DNA from: Acidimicrobiia bacterium
GTDB taxonomy: Bacteria > Actinomycetota > Acidimicrobiia > Spongiisociales > ZC4RG35
Length of the DNA stretch: 64,000 bases
Assembly (NCBI GenBank): GCA_965203555.1
Contig: CBDBCY010000004.1
Span: forward strand, 1,472,001-1,536,000
Reading direction: 5' to 3'
The position numbers and the translations under genes were made by a program. This document shows positions 50,219 through 60,002 of this stretch, one piece after another; the stretch's first letter is position 1; the number at the start of each line of letters is the position of its first letter. The notes beneath the pieces were generated by a model. That model was given only the letters and a program-made list of their open reading frames with translations, was not told the DNA's origin and made no database searches.

Positions 50219-51554
50219 TTTGGTAATCCGAAACGCCCGAGTGGTTACCCACACCGGAGAATTCCGGGGAGGGGTCTCCGTTCTTGGGGAACAGATAACG
50301 GCGGTGGGCCGCAACGGAGATTTGCCGCAGGGTCGAAAAGTGATAGACGCCGACGGCCTGGCGCTGATGCCGGGAGTCATCGATCCCCACTGCCACCTGG
50401 GGGTCAATTACCCCTATGACGATGACATGGACACCGAGACGGCCGCCGCCGCCCGGGGCGGGATCACCACCGTGCTGCTGTACATTCGCAACCTGGAGCC
50501 CTCCTACGTTCCCTTTTACCGCGACCGCCGCCGCCGGGGAGAGGCCGTGGCCCGAATCGACTTCGGGTTTCACTTCGGGATCCAACGGGAAGAACACATC
50601 GCCGAGATTCCCCGGATCGCAGAGGAGACCGGCGTGCAGTCCTTCAAGTGCTATTTCGGCTACGAGCAGAAGAACCCGATCGGGATAGTGCCCGCCGACG
50701 ACGGCTGGGTGTACACCGCCATGACCAAGATCCGGGAACTCCCCAAGGGGGTGATCTCGGTCCACTGCGAGAACACCGAGATCGCCCGGTGGATAAAGCG
50801 TTCGGTGCAGGCCACGGGGCGGCAGGACCTGGGCGCCTACACCGAGTCACGGCCGGCTTTCTGCGAGGAGGAGACCATCGCCCGGATGATCTTTCTGGCC
50901 GAACGCACCGGTTGTCCCCTTTACGTGGTGCACACCAGCGTGGCGGCGGGTCCCCCGCTGGCCGCCCGAGCCCGCGCCCGGGGCGTGGACGTAACCATCG
51001 AGACCTGCCCGCACTACCTGGTACGCACCGCCTACGACCCCGATCTCGACATGCGGGCCAAGATCTCCCCGCCGCTTCGGGACGCCCAAGAGCAGGAGGG
51101 CCTGTGGGAGGGAATCTTCGCCGGCCAGGTGGAATCGATCGGCTCGGACCACGTTCCCTTCTTTCCCAAGAAGGGCGAGGACCTGTGGGAAGAAAAACCG
51201 GGAATCGTCTCCTTTCCCTGGGAGTTGGCCCTGCTGATGGAACACGGGGTGCATCGCCGGGGATTGTCCCTCTCCCATCTGGTAAAGCTGAACTCCTACG
51301 GACCGGCGCGCCGGTTCGGCTTCTATCCCCGCAAGGGCGCCATCATTCCCGGCGCGGACGCCGACCTGGTGCTGGTCGACCCCGATCGGGTGGACACGGT
51401 CCGCCACACCGGCAACGGGACCTGCATCTATGAGGGCATGGAACTTCGAGGATGGCCGGTGACGACCGTCAGCCGGGGCCAGGTGGTGTTCGAGAACGGC
51501 GAAGTAGACCCCGACTCCCTCGGTCACGGCCGGTGCGTGACACGGCCCGACTGA
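50208..51554 (+). CDS. Cyclic amidohydrolase (dihydropyrimidinase/allantoinase/dihydroorotase family)
   Basis: PGVIDPHCH, AAARGGITT, FKCY, VHCEN, ETCPHYL, SDH, KGAI.PGADAD. Confidence 0.92.
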   Translation: MKADLVIRNARVVTHTGEFRGGVSVLGEQITAVGRNGDLPQGRKVIDADGLALMPGVIDPHCHLGVNYPYDDDMDTETAAAARGGITTVLLYIRNLEPSYVPFYRDRRRRGEAVARIDFGFHFGIQREEHIAEIPRIAEETGVQSFKCYFGYEQKNPIGIVPADDGWVYTAMTKIRELPKGVISVHCENTEIARWIKRSVQATGRQDLGAYTESRPAFCEEETIARMIFLAERTGCPLYVVHTSVAAGPPLAARARARGVDVTIETCPHYLVRTAYDPDLDMRAKISPPLRDAQEQEGLWEGIFAGQVESIGSDHVPFFPKKGEDLWEEKPGIVSFPWELALLMEHGVHRRGLSLSHLVKLNSYGPARRFGFYPRKGAIIPGADADLVLVDPDRVDTVRHTGNGTCIYEGMELRGWPVTTVSRGQVVFENGEVDPDSLGHGRCVTRPD

Positions 51555-51630
51555 GCAGGTTGCAGGAAGTCGGTATCCGGCGCAATAGCATGTCCGGTGA
51601 CGAATCGAGGTCGAGGTAAAGGAACAGCCG

Positions 51631-52224
51631 ATGAGAATCCTGGTGGTGTGGGCGCATCCTTTGGCCGACAGCTACTCGGCGGCCCTCAAGGACCGGGCGG
51701 TGGCCGCCTTGGAGAGGGCCGGCAACGACATCGATCTGCTGGATCTCTACGCCGAAGAATTCGACCCGGTCCTGTCTGCCCAGGAACGCCGGGACTATCA
51801 CGAGATCGGACCCAATCTGGCCAATATCGGCCCCTACGTGGAACAGCTGCGGGCCGCCGAGGGCCTGCTGCTGGTCTTTCCCACCTGGAGCTTCGGCTTC
51901 CCGGCCATCCTCAACGGATGGCTGCAGCGGGTGTGGGTGCCCGGGGTGGGATTCGGGCTGAGAGAAGGGGGAGGACCCATTATCACGGGGATACTCGGCA
52001 TCCGCCGGGTGGCGGCGGTCACCACCACCGGATCGCCCTGGTGGTACGTGAAGGCGGTGGGCAACCCCGCCAGGAAGGTGATCAAGCGGGGACACCGGGT
52101 CATGTTCGCCAAGGGCTGCCGGGTGAAGTGGCTCGACCTCAACAACATGAACAATGACTCCCCGAACAAGCGACGCAAGTTCCTGGCGAAAGTGGAACGC
52201 ACTCTCCCGGCCTTTTTCTCCTGA
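51631..52224 (+). CDS. NAD(P)H-dependent oxidoreductase (flavodoxin_2)
   Basis: AHP, DLYAEEFDPVL, PTWSFGFPAILNGW. Confidence 0.9.
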   Translation: MRILVVWAHPLADSYSAALKDRAVAALERAGNDIDLLDLYAEEFDPVLSAQERRDYHEIGPNLANIGPYVEQLRAAEGLLLVFPTWSFGFPAILNGWLQRVWVPGVGFGLREGGGPIITGILGIRRVAAVTTTGSPWWYVKAVGNPARKVIKRGHRVMFAKGCRVKWLDLNNMNNDSPNKRRKFLAKVERTLPAFFS

Positions 52225-52239
52225 TAGGCCGACGGGAGG

Positions 52240-52489
52240 CTTATAAGCAAATGCGCCATCTATAGAGAAAACGCTATAACAGCAACAAAACCCGATAAAC
52301 AGAAAAACGCGTCAAAAGGGAGAAACTTCCCGACCTTATAGGCAAATGTTCCATCTATAGAGAAAACGCTATAACAGCAACAAAACCCTATAAACAGAAA
52401 AACGCGTCAAAAAGGGAGAGATCCCCGACCTATAGGCAAATGTTCCATCTATAGAGAAAACGCTATAGTAGCAACAAAACCCTATAAAC
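52240..52489. repeat. AT-rich tandem repeat, ~95-bp unit, ~2.6 copies
   Basis: Units start at 52240, 52335 and ~52429; shared core CCATCTATAGAGAAAACGCTATA..AGCAACAAAACCC.ATAAAC. Confidence 0.95.
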
Positions 52490-52532
52490 GCACGCTCTCC
52501 AATAATCCGACAATTCCAAAGCACCCTTTGAA

Positions 52533-53708
52533 GTGGACCCTGGCAGGAATCCCTACAGCCCCGGCGCAGGCACCCGGCCTCGTGCCCTCGTAGGCAGACA
52601 AGCCGAACTCGAGCAATTCGAGATCGCGGCGCGACGACTGGGAGCAGGTTATTCGGACCGGAGCCTGCTGCTCAGCGGATTGCGGGGCGTGGGCAAAACT
52701 GTCCTGCTCAACGAGTTCTGCAGCATCGCCCAGCGGCACAAATGGGTTTACCAGCAAATCGAGGCGACCAGCGTTTTGGATCTGCCCCGCATCGTGGCTG
52801 ACCGAATCCGGATCGCTCTGCTGCAACTATCGGCCGGTCATCGCCTGGCAGACCGGGCCCGCCGCGCTCTGAGTGTGTTGAAATCGTTCAGAATGCGCTG
52901 GAATCTGCCGGAGGGTGGGGACATGGAAGTCGGCATCGATCCTACTCCCGGTCGCGCCGACACGGGAGTCCTTCAGGAAGATCTCGCCGATCTCTTCATC
53001 GAGGTGGGGGAGTACGCCCGTGAACGGAAAGTGGGTGTCCTCATCACCATCGATGAAGCCCAATACCTGAGACCGGACCAGCTTCGGCCTCTCGTCATGG
53101 GCCTCCACAAGGTAAGCCAGAGCCAATTGCCCTTCATGGTGGTGGGCGCAGGACTGCCTTCACTTCCCGCCTTGGTGGGCAAGTCGCGATCATACGCTGA
53201 GCGGCTGTTCACCTTCATCACCATCAATGGCCTCCCAGCCGAGGAAGCCATGGCGGCTCTCACCGTCCCCGCAGAGGAACAGGGGGTGAAGTGGCAGGTG
53301 GATGCCTTGGATCGGATCGTGGAGGAGGCCGCCGGGTATCCCTACTTTCTCCAGGAGTTCGGCAAACAGGCCTGGAACTTTGCAGCGGGGCCTAGCCAAA
53401 TCACACTGCAGGATGCCCAGTACTCCATCCCGATAGCAGTTCAAGCCCTCAACATGGGTTTCTTCAGCGTCCGGTTCGATCGTACCACCAAAGCCGAGCG
53501 AGCTTATCTGGCGGCCATGGCCTCTCTCGGACCTGGCCCGTATTCAACGCGAGAGGTTGCGTCACGGATGGGCAAATCCACATCCGGGGTCAGCACACAG
53601 CGCAATTCCATGATCGTCAAAGGTCTCTGCTACTCCCCCCGCCGCGGCGCCATTGCCTTCACCGTGCCCATGTTCGATCAGTTCATCCGTCGGCGGATGT
53701 CCCTGTGA
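52533..53708 (+). CDS. AAA-family ATPase with probable C-terminal wHTH
   Basis: NPYSPGAG..P..LVGR, GLRGVGKT, ITIDEAQ, GYPYFLQ, AFTVPMF. Confidence 0.9.
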   Translation: MDPGRNPYSPGAGTRPRALVGRQAELEQFEIAARRLGAGYSDRSLLLSGLRGVGKTVLLNEFCSIAQRHKWVYQQIEATSVLDLPRIVADRIRIALLQLSAGHRLADRARRALSVLKSFRMRWNLPEGGDMEVGIDPTPGRADTGVLQEDLADLFIEVGEYARERKVGVLITIDEAQYLRPDQLRPLVMGLHKVSQSQLPFMVVGAGLPSLPALVGKSRSYAERLFTFITINGLPAEEAMAALTVPAEEQGVKWQVDALDRIVEEAAGYPYFLQEFGKQAWNFAAGPSQITLQDAQYSIPIAVQALNMGFFSVRFDRTTKAERAYLAAMASLGPGPYSTREVASRMGKSTSGVSTQRNSMIVKGLCYSPRRGAIAFTVPMFDQFIRRRMSL

Positions 53709-53771
53709 CATGTCCGCATATCCACATAGAATCAGCCACTAAATCCTGAACAGGCAAAGGAGGCGGCCCCG

Positions 53772-54845
53772 GTGGCCCAAGAACGCACACTGCTGGCGCA
53801 CCTGGTGCCGAGGATCACCAGCCGGGTAGAGGATGCGGCCACAGATGCGCTTGCCTTCATTCTGAACAGGTCAAAGGTTTGTCGCGGCGCACTGGACGGC
53901 CTCCTTCGGGCGGACAACTTCGAGATTGGACCCCTCACCAGGTTCGAAACACAGGTGACTTACAAGGACGGATCCCGTCCCGACATGGTTGGTTACGACC
54001 GCAGCGGCGCCAAACGGTTGCTGGTTGAGTCGAAGTTCTGGGCGAGTCTTCAGCAGGGCCAGGCCAGTGGTTACTTCGGGCAACTGAAGGAAGATGGGCC
54101 CGGAGTCCTGCTGTTCATCGCCCCGGACAGCAGAATCGAGACGCTGTGGGCCGAGATCAGGCGTCAAATGGAGGGTGGCGAGAAAAGAGTGCGGCTACGA
54201 GACCTCGAAGTTCCGGGGCGGACCCGAAGAGCCAGAGTCGAGGGTTCGGACAAACAACTGATGTTGACAAGTTGGACCCTATTGCTGGACAGTATGGCCA
54301 CCGCCGTTGCCGATGACACGACGGTTGCGTCAGACATCCAGCAGCTTCGCGGCCTGGCCAAGCACCAGGATGAGGAAGCTTTCCTCCCAATCCATCTAAA
54401 GGAATTCGGATTGGCGCTACCGCGTCGGATCCGGGGGCTGAATCGGCTGATAGACGATGTGATTGATGCTCACGGAGTAAGGCAAGGATGGATAACCGTC
54501 AAAGGCTTCAGAGCTGCTCCACAGAGGGAAGGCTACGGACGATATTTCGCCTTTACCGACGTTCCGGGAGATCTGTTCCTGGGGATCAACTACAAGCTGT
54601 GGGCAACAAGCGGAGATACCCCGTTGTGGCTCCGAATCAGTTCAAAAGTCCCTGTGAACCGTGAGAGGATGCTCGACAGGATGCCTTCGCTCTCCGAACA
54701 CATAAGTCCGGGCAGTTTTACCGTGCCTATCCATTTGAGACTCGGAGTGGAGTACCAAACCGTCGTGAGCGATGTTGTCCGGCTGGTAAAGCAATTCGCC
54801 GGTATGGTCGACAAGCCCTGTGGTCGACGCCAGCCTTTCACCTAA
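53772..54845 (+). CDS. PD-(D/E)XK nuclease-like protein
   Basis: ED..T..L, RPDM...LLVESKFWA...GQ...Y motif. Confidence 0.7.
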   Translation: MAQERTLLAHLVPRITSRVEDAATDALAFILNRSKVCRGALDGLLRADNFEIGPLTRFETQVTYKDGSRPDMVGYDRSGAKRLLVESKFWASLQQGQASGYFGQLKEDGPGVLLFIAPDSRIETLWAEIRRQMEGGEKRVRLRDLEVPGRTRRARVEGSDKQLMLTSWTLLLDSMATAVADDTTVASDIQQLRGLAKHQDEEAFLPIHLKEFGLALPRRIRGLNRLIDDVIDAHGVRQGWITVKGFRAAPQREGYGRYFAFTDVPGDLFLGINYKLWATSGDTPLWLRISSKVPVNRERMLDRMPSLSEHISPGSFTVPIHLRLGVEYQTVVSDVVRLVKQFAGMVDKPCGRRQPFT

Positions 54846-55953
54846 TCGTGATCAATTGGCGGTTGTCGTTCACATCCGACAGCAGCTTGGCGCCTCGGGC
54901 GGTTACCTCCACCATGTCCTTGAGTTGCAGCCCGAAGCCGTGGCCGGTGTCGTAGATCAGAGGTTCCACACCGAACACCATTCCCTCTTCCAGCACCTGG
55001 TCGTGACGAGGACTGATGTAGGGATGCTCGTGCAGGGAGAGTCCTATGCCATGTCCGACGAATGAAAAGAGCGGCAGGCCGAGCGGACCGCACACGGCCT
55101 CGAATCGGTCCCACACCGACCGGCTGGAGACCCCTGGTCGGATGGCCTCCAGCAGGACATCGCGGCACTCCACCAGATTGGCCCATATCTCTGTCGCAAT
55201 CGGAGGCGGTGTCCCTACCACGGCCGTGCGGCACACCCCGGCGTGGTAGCCCTCCGCCACCGCGAAGATCTCCACCCGGCACACGTCACCGTCCTGCAGA
55301 ACCCGTTCGGTGGGACCCACATTGGCCAACTGGCTGCGGGGACCGGTGGCCACGATCATCAGTTCGAAGTCCTCGGCGCCGCCCCGGTAGATACCGTCGG
55401 TGAGGGCGGCGGCGATATCCATCTCGGTGTCCCCAGCCTTCACGGATCGAAGCGCCCCGCCGATGGAGGCGTCGGAGATTCTCGACAAGCGGGCCAGCAG
55501 TTGCAACTCCTGCGCCGTCTTGATCTGTCGTCGGATACCCAGCCACCGGTCGGCGGCCACCCACTCCACGCCGGCGGTCGCTTTTCGGAGGCGAGCAAAG
55601 TCCGCCGCCGGGAGAAAGCCCGGTTCCACGCCCAACCGACCTCGACCCAGACCCAGGCGCTCCAACAGTCCGGCCAGGCAGACCATGGGATCATCGCCGA
55701 ACTCGTCCCACACCGCCACCTCGGCCGCCCCGGTCCTCTGCCGGACCATCGCCTCCTCCACCCCGACGCACATCACGGCCGGATCACCGCCGGCGGGCAG
55801 CACCACTGCCGCGTGCCGCCACCGCATCAGCGGTTGGGAAGGCACCACGAATCCCGCCAGGTAGGCGAAGTTCTCGGGCGAGGAGACCACCAACCCGTCC
55901 CAACCCTGCTCCTCCAAGGCGGCGCGCAGACGGACGACGACCTGTTCTCGCAT
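54838..55953 (-). CDS. M24 family (Xaa-Pro peptidase/creatinase-like) hydrolase
   Basis: N..YLAGF, RQIKT.QE, GHGIGL.LHEHP, GVEP; metal ligands partly diverged. Confidence 0.88.
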   Translation of the reverse strand: MREQVVVRLRAALEEQGWDGLVVSSPENFAYLAGFVVPSQPLMRWRHAAVVLPAGGDPAVMCVGVEEAMVRQRTGAAEVAVWDEFGDDPMVCLAGLLERLGLGRGRLGVEPGFLPAADFARLRKATAGVEWVAADRWLGIRRQIKTAQELQLLARLSRISDASIGGALRSVKAGDTEMDIAAALTDGIYRGGAEDFELMIVATGPRSQLANVGPTERVLQDGDVCRVEIFAVAEGYHAGVCRTAVVGTPPPIATEIWANLVECRDVLLEAIRPGVSSRSVWDRFEAVCGPLGLPLFSFVGHGIGLSLHEHPYISPRHDQVLEEGMVFGVEPLIYDTGHGFGLQLKDMVEVTARGAKLLSDVNDNRQLITIR

Positions 55954-56066
55954 GTCACGATTCCTTCGGAAGGCTCGACCGAAGGCTAACAATCCCCGGC
56001 GAGTTGGAGGACCGGTCATTGCGGTATCGTTGACTCCTGAGGTATCCGAAGGAGCATGCCCAAAGA

Positions 56067-56972
56067 ATGGACCAGTATTCCACCATCTCCGTGCGAGGAC
56101 CGGCGCTTCGGTTCGAAACCCTGTTCGATGCCGATTTCTCCGACCCGGGCGAGGGACTCGAACTGCATCCCGACTTGGCGAAGGTATATGGTGGCCCGCT
56201 GCGGCTTCGCCCGGCAGGCAATGGTCTCCCGCTGCTCTCCATGAACTTCGTGACCGCCCACGACGGCAGGGTGGCTTTCAATCATCCCGATCACCGGGGG
56301 GGAGGCCCGATCTCGGGGTTCGACGACAACGACGTCTGGCTGATGGGACTGCTTCGCGCCCGCGCCGACGCGGTGGTGGTGGGGGAGGGGACGCTTCGCG
56401 CCGAACCCAGCCACATCAACACTCCAGAGGACATCTACCCCGAGGATTCGGAGGCTTTCGCCGCCCTCCGCCGCCATGAGAACCGCTCCGAGTTACCCAT
56501 CTTCTCGTACATCACTTTCGCGGGGAACCTCCCGCCGGAGTCTCGGGCTTTTTCAATGGAGGATGCTCACATAGTGGTCGCCACCACCACGGTCGGCGCT
56601 CGTCACATCCGTGAATCCATTAGCCCGGCGGGCAGATTGGACATCCTCGAATTCGGAGACGACGGCGTCGACCTGGAGAGGTATGCCCGCATCATGGCCG
56701 GAGACTACGGGGTGAACTTTCTGCTGTGCGAGGGCGGGGCCACGCTGTACGGGGCGTTGCTCCGGGCCGGAATCGTCGACGAGCCCTTCATTACCCGTTC
56801 ACCGCTGGTAGTCGGCGAGAACTTCGACAACCCCCGTCCCAGCTTGGTGGAAGGAACCGGTTGGCTCCCCGACGACGCCCCGAGGATGCAGATCCTGTCG
56901 GTTCGCAAAGCCGGTGACTACCTGTACATGCGCTACCGGGCCACCTACCCGACTCGGAATATGAGCGGATAG
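56067..56972 (+). CDS. RibD C-terminal domain (pyrimidine reductase/DHFR-like) protein
   Basis: NFV...DG, LRARADAVVVGEGTLR, LLCEGGATL. Confidence 0.85.
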   Translation: MDQYSTISVRGPALRFETLFDADFSDPGEGLELHPDLAKVYGGPLRLRPAGNGLPLLSMNFVTAHDGRVAFNHPDHRGGGPISGFDDNDVWLMGLLRARADAVVVGEGTLRAEPSHINTPEDIYPEDSEAFAALRRHENRSELPIFSYITFAGNLPPESRAFSMEDAHIVVATTTVGARHIRESISPAGRLDILEFGDDGVDLERYARIMAGDYGVNFLLCEGGATLYGALLRAGIVDEPFITRSPLVVGENFDNPRPSLVEGTGWLPDDAPRMQILSVRKAGDYLYMRYRATYPTRNMSG

Positions 56973-57019
56973 GTGGACAGGTTTGGTAAAGGTCGCGAAA
57001 TAAAGGGGGCGGCAAGGTG

Positions 57020-57049
57020 TTGACTTCTGTCACCGAGGCGGTGCATATT
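57020..57049 (+). promoter_or_regulatory. Putative promoter of the amidohydrolase/ABC operon
   Basis: TTGACT-N18-CATATT; also overlaps TGTCAC-N10-CATATT. Confidence 0.45.
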
Positions 57050-57327
57050 GATGGAGTCGAAACACCTCCCGGTCCGTACCGACGTCGCCCGGACCGCGCA
57101 AGAGCCCCCCTCGGCGGGCAAGAGGTCATATTTCTCTTCGGATCGCGTCCCCTCGGCGGGACCGACGAACCGCGTTCCGAACTGCGGTGGTGGCGGCGGG
57201 GGAGGGGCCCAACGGGCGAGCAGGATCGGGTTTGTTTTCGCGGGATAGGGAGTGATTTCGCGATTCACCGCCGCGGGCGGCGCCCGCTCGACTGCCCTCC
57301 CCGCACCCGGACACATCGCAAAAGGCC

Positions 57328-58782
57328 GTGACTCCTCCCATTTCCTCAACACTTGTCGAACACCTGGAGTTCGTTATCACCTGCGATCAGAGCAACCGGG
57401 TGATCAGTGACGGGGCCGTGCTGATCGAGGGCGATCGGATCGCCGACGTGGGAACCGCCGCCGAGGTAAACGAACGGCTGGACAGGCAAGACCCCAACCG
57501 GCCGGTAAACCGGATGAGCGGACGGAGGCTGGGACTGACCCCCGGATTCGTGGATTCACATGTGCATCTGTCCGAGACCCTGTCCCGGGCGGTGTTCCCC
57601 GATATGATCGACACCCGCACCTGGGTGTTTCACTGGGCCAAGCCCTTCTACGCCCATGTCAGCGTCGAAGACGAGAGGGTGGGGTCGCTGCTGGGAACCG
57701 CCGAGATGCTCCGGGGAGGGACCACCTGCTTTCTGGACATGGGCGCCCAGAACGACCCGGCGCCGGTGGCCGCCGCCGTGGAGCAGACCGGTATCAGAGG
57801 CATCACCGGCCGTCACGCCGCCGACGTAAAGCCAAAACAAATCCCTCCGGGTTGGTCCCCTGAGATGGTGGACCACCACTTTTTCCCCAACGCTGATGTC
57901 GCCCTGGAGGCCCTGGCGGACACGGTGCTGACCTGGAACGGCGCCGCCGGAGGGCGGCTGGGAGTGTGGGTGAACATCGAGGGCAAAGAGCCCTGCAGCC
58001 TGGACCTTCACGTCGGCGCCCGGGAACTGGCCGCCCGGATGGGAGTGGGGACCACCTACCATCTGGCCACCTCCCTGCCGGAGGCTCGAATCTCCCAGCG
58101 CAGGCATGGCAGTTGGCCGGTCACCCGAGTGGCCCGGGCGGGCGGACTGGGCGACAACCTGGTGCTTGCCCATGCCGTGGCCGTATCTGCAGAAGAGGTC
58201 CAATTGCTCTCCGCCCATGGGGCCAAGGTTGCTTTCTGTCCCTCCACCTCCCTAAAGCTGGCCAAGGGCGCCACCTCCATCGGCAAGTACCCGGAGATGA
58301 TGGAGGCCGCAGTGACGGTGGGACTGGGAACCGACGGCGTCTCGGCGGCCGGCAATCTCAACCTCCACCGTCAGATCCACCTGGCCGCAGGTCTGTTCAA
58401 GGATGCGCGGATGGACGCCTCCCTGGTGGGAGCGACGCAGGCGTTGCGCATGGCCACTATCGACGGCGCCACGGCGCTGGGCATGGAATCCGAGATAGGG
58501 TCACTGGAGGTGGGCAAGAAGGCCGATCTGGTGTTGTGGGACCTGGATCACCCCGAATGGGTGCCGTACGGTGACCCTGTGTCGGCACTGGTGTGGTCGG
58601 CGACGACCGCCTCCGTGCACCAGACCTGGGTGGACGGTCGTCCCTGCTACCGGGACGGCCGGGTGGTGGGCGTGGACGAAAGCACTCTCCACCTGGAGGC
58701 CCGCCGACGGGCCGCAGACATCCGGAACCGGGCCGGTCTCGTACGAGAGGACATTCCATTGACTACCTCTCTCTACCAGTGA
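57328..58782 (+). CDS. Amidohydrolase (MtaD/AtzA-like deaminase family)
   Basis: PGFVDSHVH, E.LRGGTT, LAHAV, GLGTDG, GSLEVGKKAD. Confidence 0.9.
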   Translation: MTPPISSTLVEHLEFVITCDQSNRVISDGAVLIEGDRIADVGTAAEVNERLDRQDPNRPVNRMSGRRLGLTPGFVDSHVHLSETLSRAVFPDMIDTRTWVFHWAKPFYAHVSVEDERVGSLLGTAEMLRGGTTCFLDMGAQNDPAPVAAAVEQTGIRGITGRHAADVKPKQIPPGWSPEMVDHHFFPNADVALEALADTVLTWNGAAGGRLGVWVNIEGKEPCSLDLHVGARELAARMGVGTTYHLATSLPEARISQRRHGSWPVTRVARAGGLGDNLVLAHAVAVSAEEVQLLSAHGAKVAFCPSTSLKLAKGATSIGKYPEMMEAAVTVGLGTDGVSAAGNLNLHRQIHLAAGLFKDARMDASLVGATQALRMATIDGATALGMESEIGSLEVGKKADLVLWDLDHPEWVPYGDPVSALVWSATTASVHQTWVDGRPCYRDGRVVGVDESTLHLEARRRAADIRNRAGLVREDIPLTTSLYQ

Positions 58783-59993
58783 CGGCCACCATCATCCACC
58801 CCCGGCATTTGGCTGCGGATGATCGACCTTCCCTGGTCGGGCCGGTGAAAGTACCCGGACATGAAGGGCCGCAGGTGGTTTCTTTGGAGCGAGGTCTCAT
58901 CAGCAAGGTAAACCACGCCCCTGGTTCTGATCACCGAGCGGCAGAACCGACCTATCTGGCCCTCCCCTCCTTTGCCGAGCCTCATCTGCATCCCGACCGC
59001 GCCTATGTGGGCGCGCCGCGGCCTCCCCGTTCCCTGGATGACGCCATCGAACTGGGGACCCGCCCGGAAGGCTACGTGGTGGAAACAGCCGGGGAGCGCG
59101 CCCACCGTCTCTTCTCAACCCTGGCTGTCAACGGCGCCACCCGGGCCCGCGGCCACGTCGGGCACCTGCCCGCTCACATCGCCCCGCCTCGCTGGCCGGT
59201 GATGTCCCAGGTCCGCGCGGAGTTGGCTGATCGCATCGAGATCGAACTGGTGGCCTTTGCGGTGGAGGGCGCCCTGGCCGATGCCGAGGAGTTGCAACGA
59301 CTCCGCCATGATCTCGCCGCCGGCAGATACCAACTTGTGGGAGGATCGCCGAATCACGATACGCATCCCCGCCGGGCGGTCAGCGCCATCATGAAACTCG
59401 CATCCGATTCGGGAGTGGACGTCGACGTTCACATAGACGAGACGCTTGACCCCGCCCGTCTTCTCATGGACTTCGCCCTCGGAGAGGTGGAACGTCACAA
59501 CCTGGAAGGACGGGTTTCCTTCAGTCACGCCTGTCTGCTGAGCGCTCTGCCGGAGCAGCAGACCCGGGCGCTGGCCCGGCGGATCGCCGGACTGGGAATA
59601 ACCGTCAACTCCATGCCCCGCACCAATCTCATCCTCCACGAATACGGCAATCACTCTGCCCGCCGGGCGCTGGCACCCATCAACCTGCTCATCGAGGAGG
59701 GAGTGCATGTGCGGTTGGGCGTGGACAATGTCGACGACACTTTCTGCCCCTTCCCCACCGCCGACCTCCTGGAGATCGGGTACCTCGCCAGACTGGCGGG
59801 TCACTTCTACGATGACGCCCGACTTATCGCTTCCCTCAGCGACGGCCGGTCGACCCTGCGGATCGGGGAAAGCGCGGATGTCACCTTTGTGAAGGCGAAT
59901 ACCCTCAATGAGGCTCTTTCTCTTCGGCCCGAACGGGTTACCATGAGGGCAGGCGTAGTGGTCGCCTCGGGCCAACAACTGAAACACGGATAG
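58779..59993 (+). CDS. Cytosine deaminase-like amidohydrolase
   Basis: EPHLHPD, DVHIDE, SHAC, LGVDNVDD.F.P; GTG overlaps the upstream stop. Confidence 0.85.
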   Translation: MTATIIHPRHLAADDRPSLVGPVKVPGHEGPQVVSLERGLISKVNHAPGSDHRAAEPTYLALPSFAEPHLHPDRAYVGAPRPPRSLDDAIELGTRPEGYVVETAGERAHRLFSTLAVNGATRARGHVGHLPAHIAPPRWPVMSQVRAELADRIEIELVAFAVEGALADAEELQRLRHDLAAGRYQLVGGSPNHDTHPRRAVSAIMKLASDSGVDVDVHIDETLDPARLLMDFALGEVERHNLEGRVSFSHACLLSALPEQQTRALARRIAGLGITVNSMPRTNLILHEYGNHSARRALAPINLLIEEGVHVRLGVDNVDDTFCPFPTADLLEIGYLARLAGHFYDDARLIASLSDGRSTLRIGESADVTFVKANTLNEALSLRPERVTMRAGVVVASGQQLKHG

Positions 59994-60002
59994 GGCCGGA
60001 CT

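Noticed and set aside
52240-52489. CRISPR or TIGR-like guide array
   Set aside because: Units are near-identical over their whole length with no unique spacers; no cas or Nop-domain gene nearby
59991-59993. Pyrrolysine-type TAG recoding fusing the deaminase and ABC ATPase
   Set aside because: No pyl genes in view and the deaminase ends at its normal length; a non-canonical start is simpler
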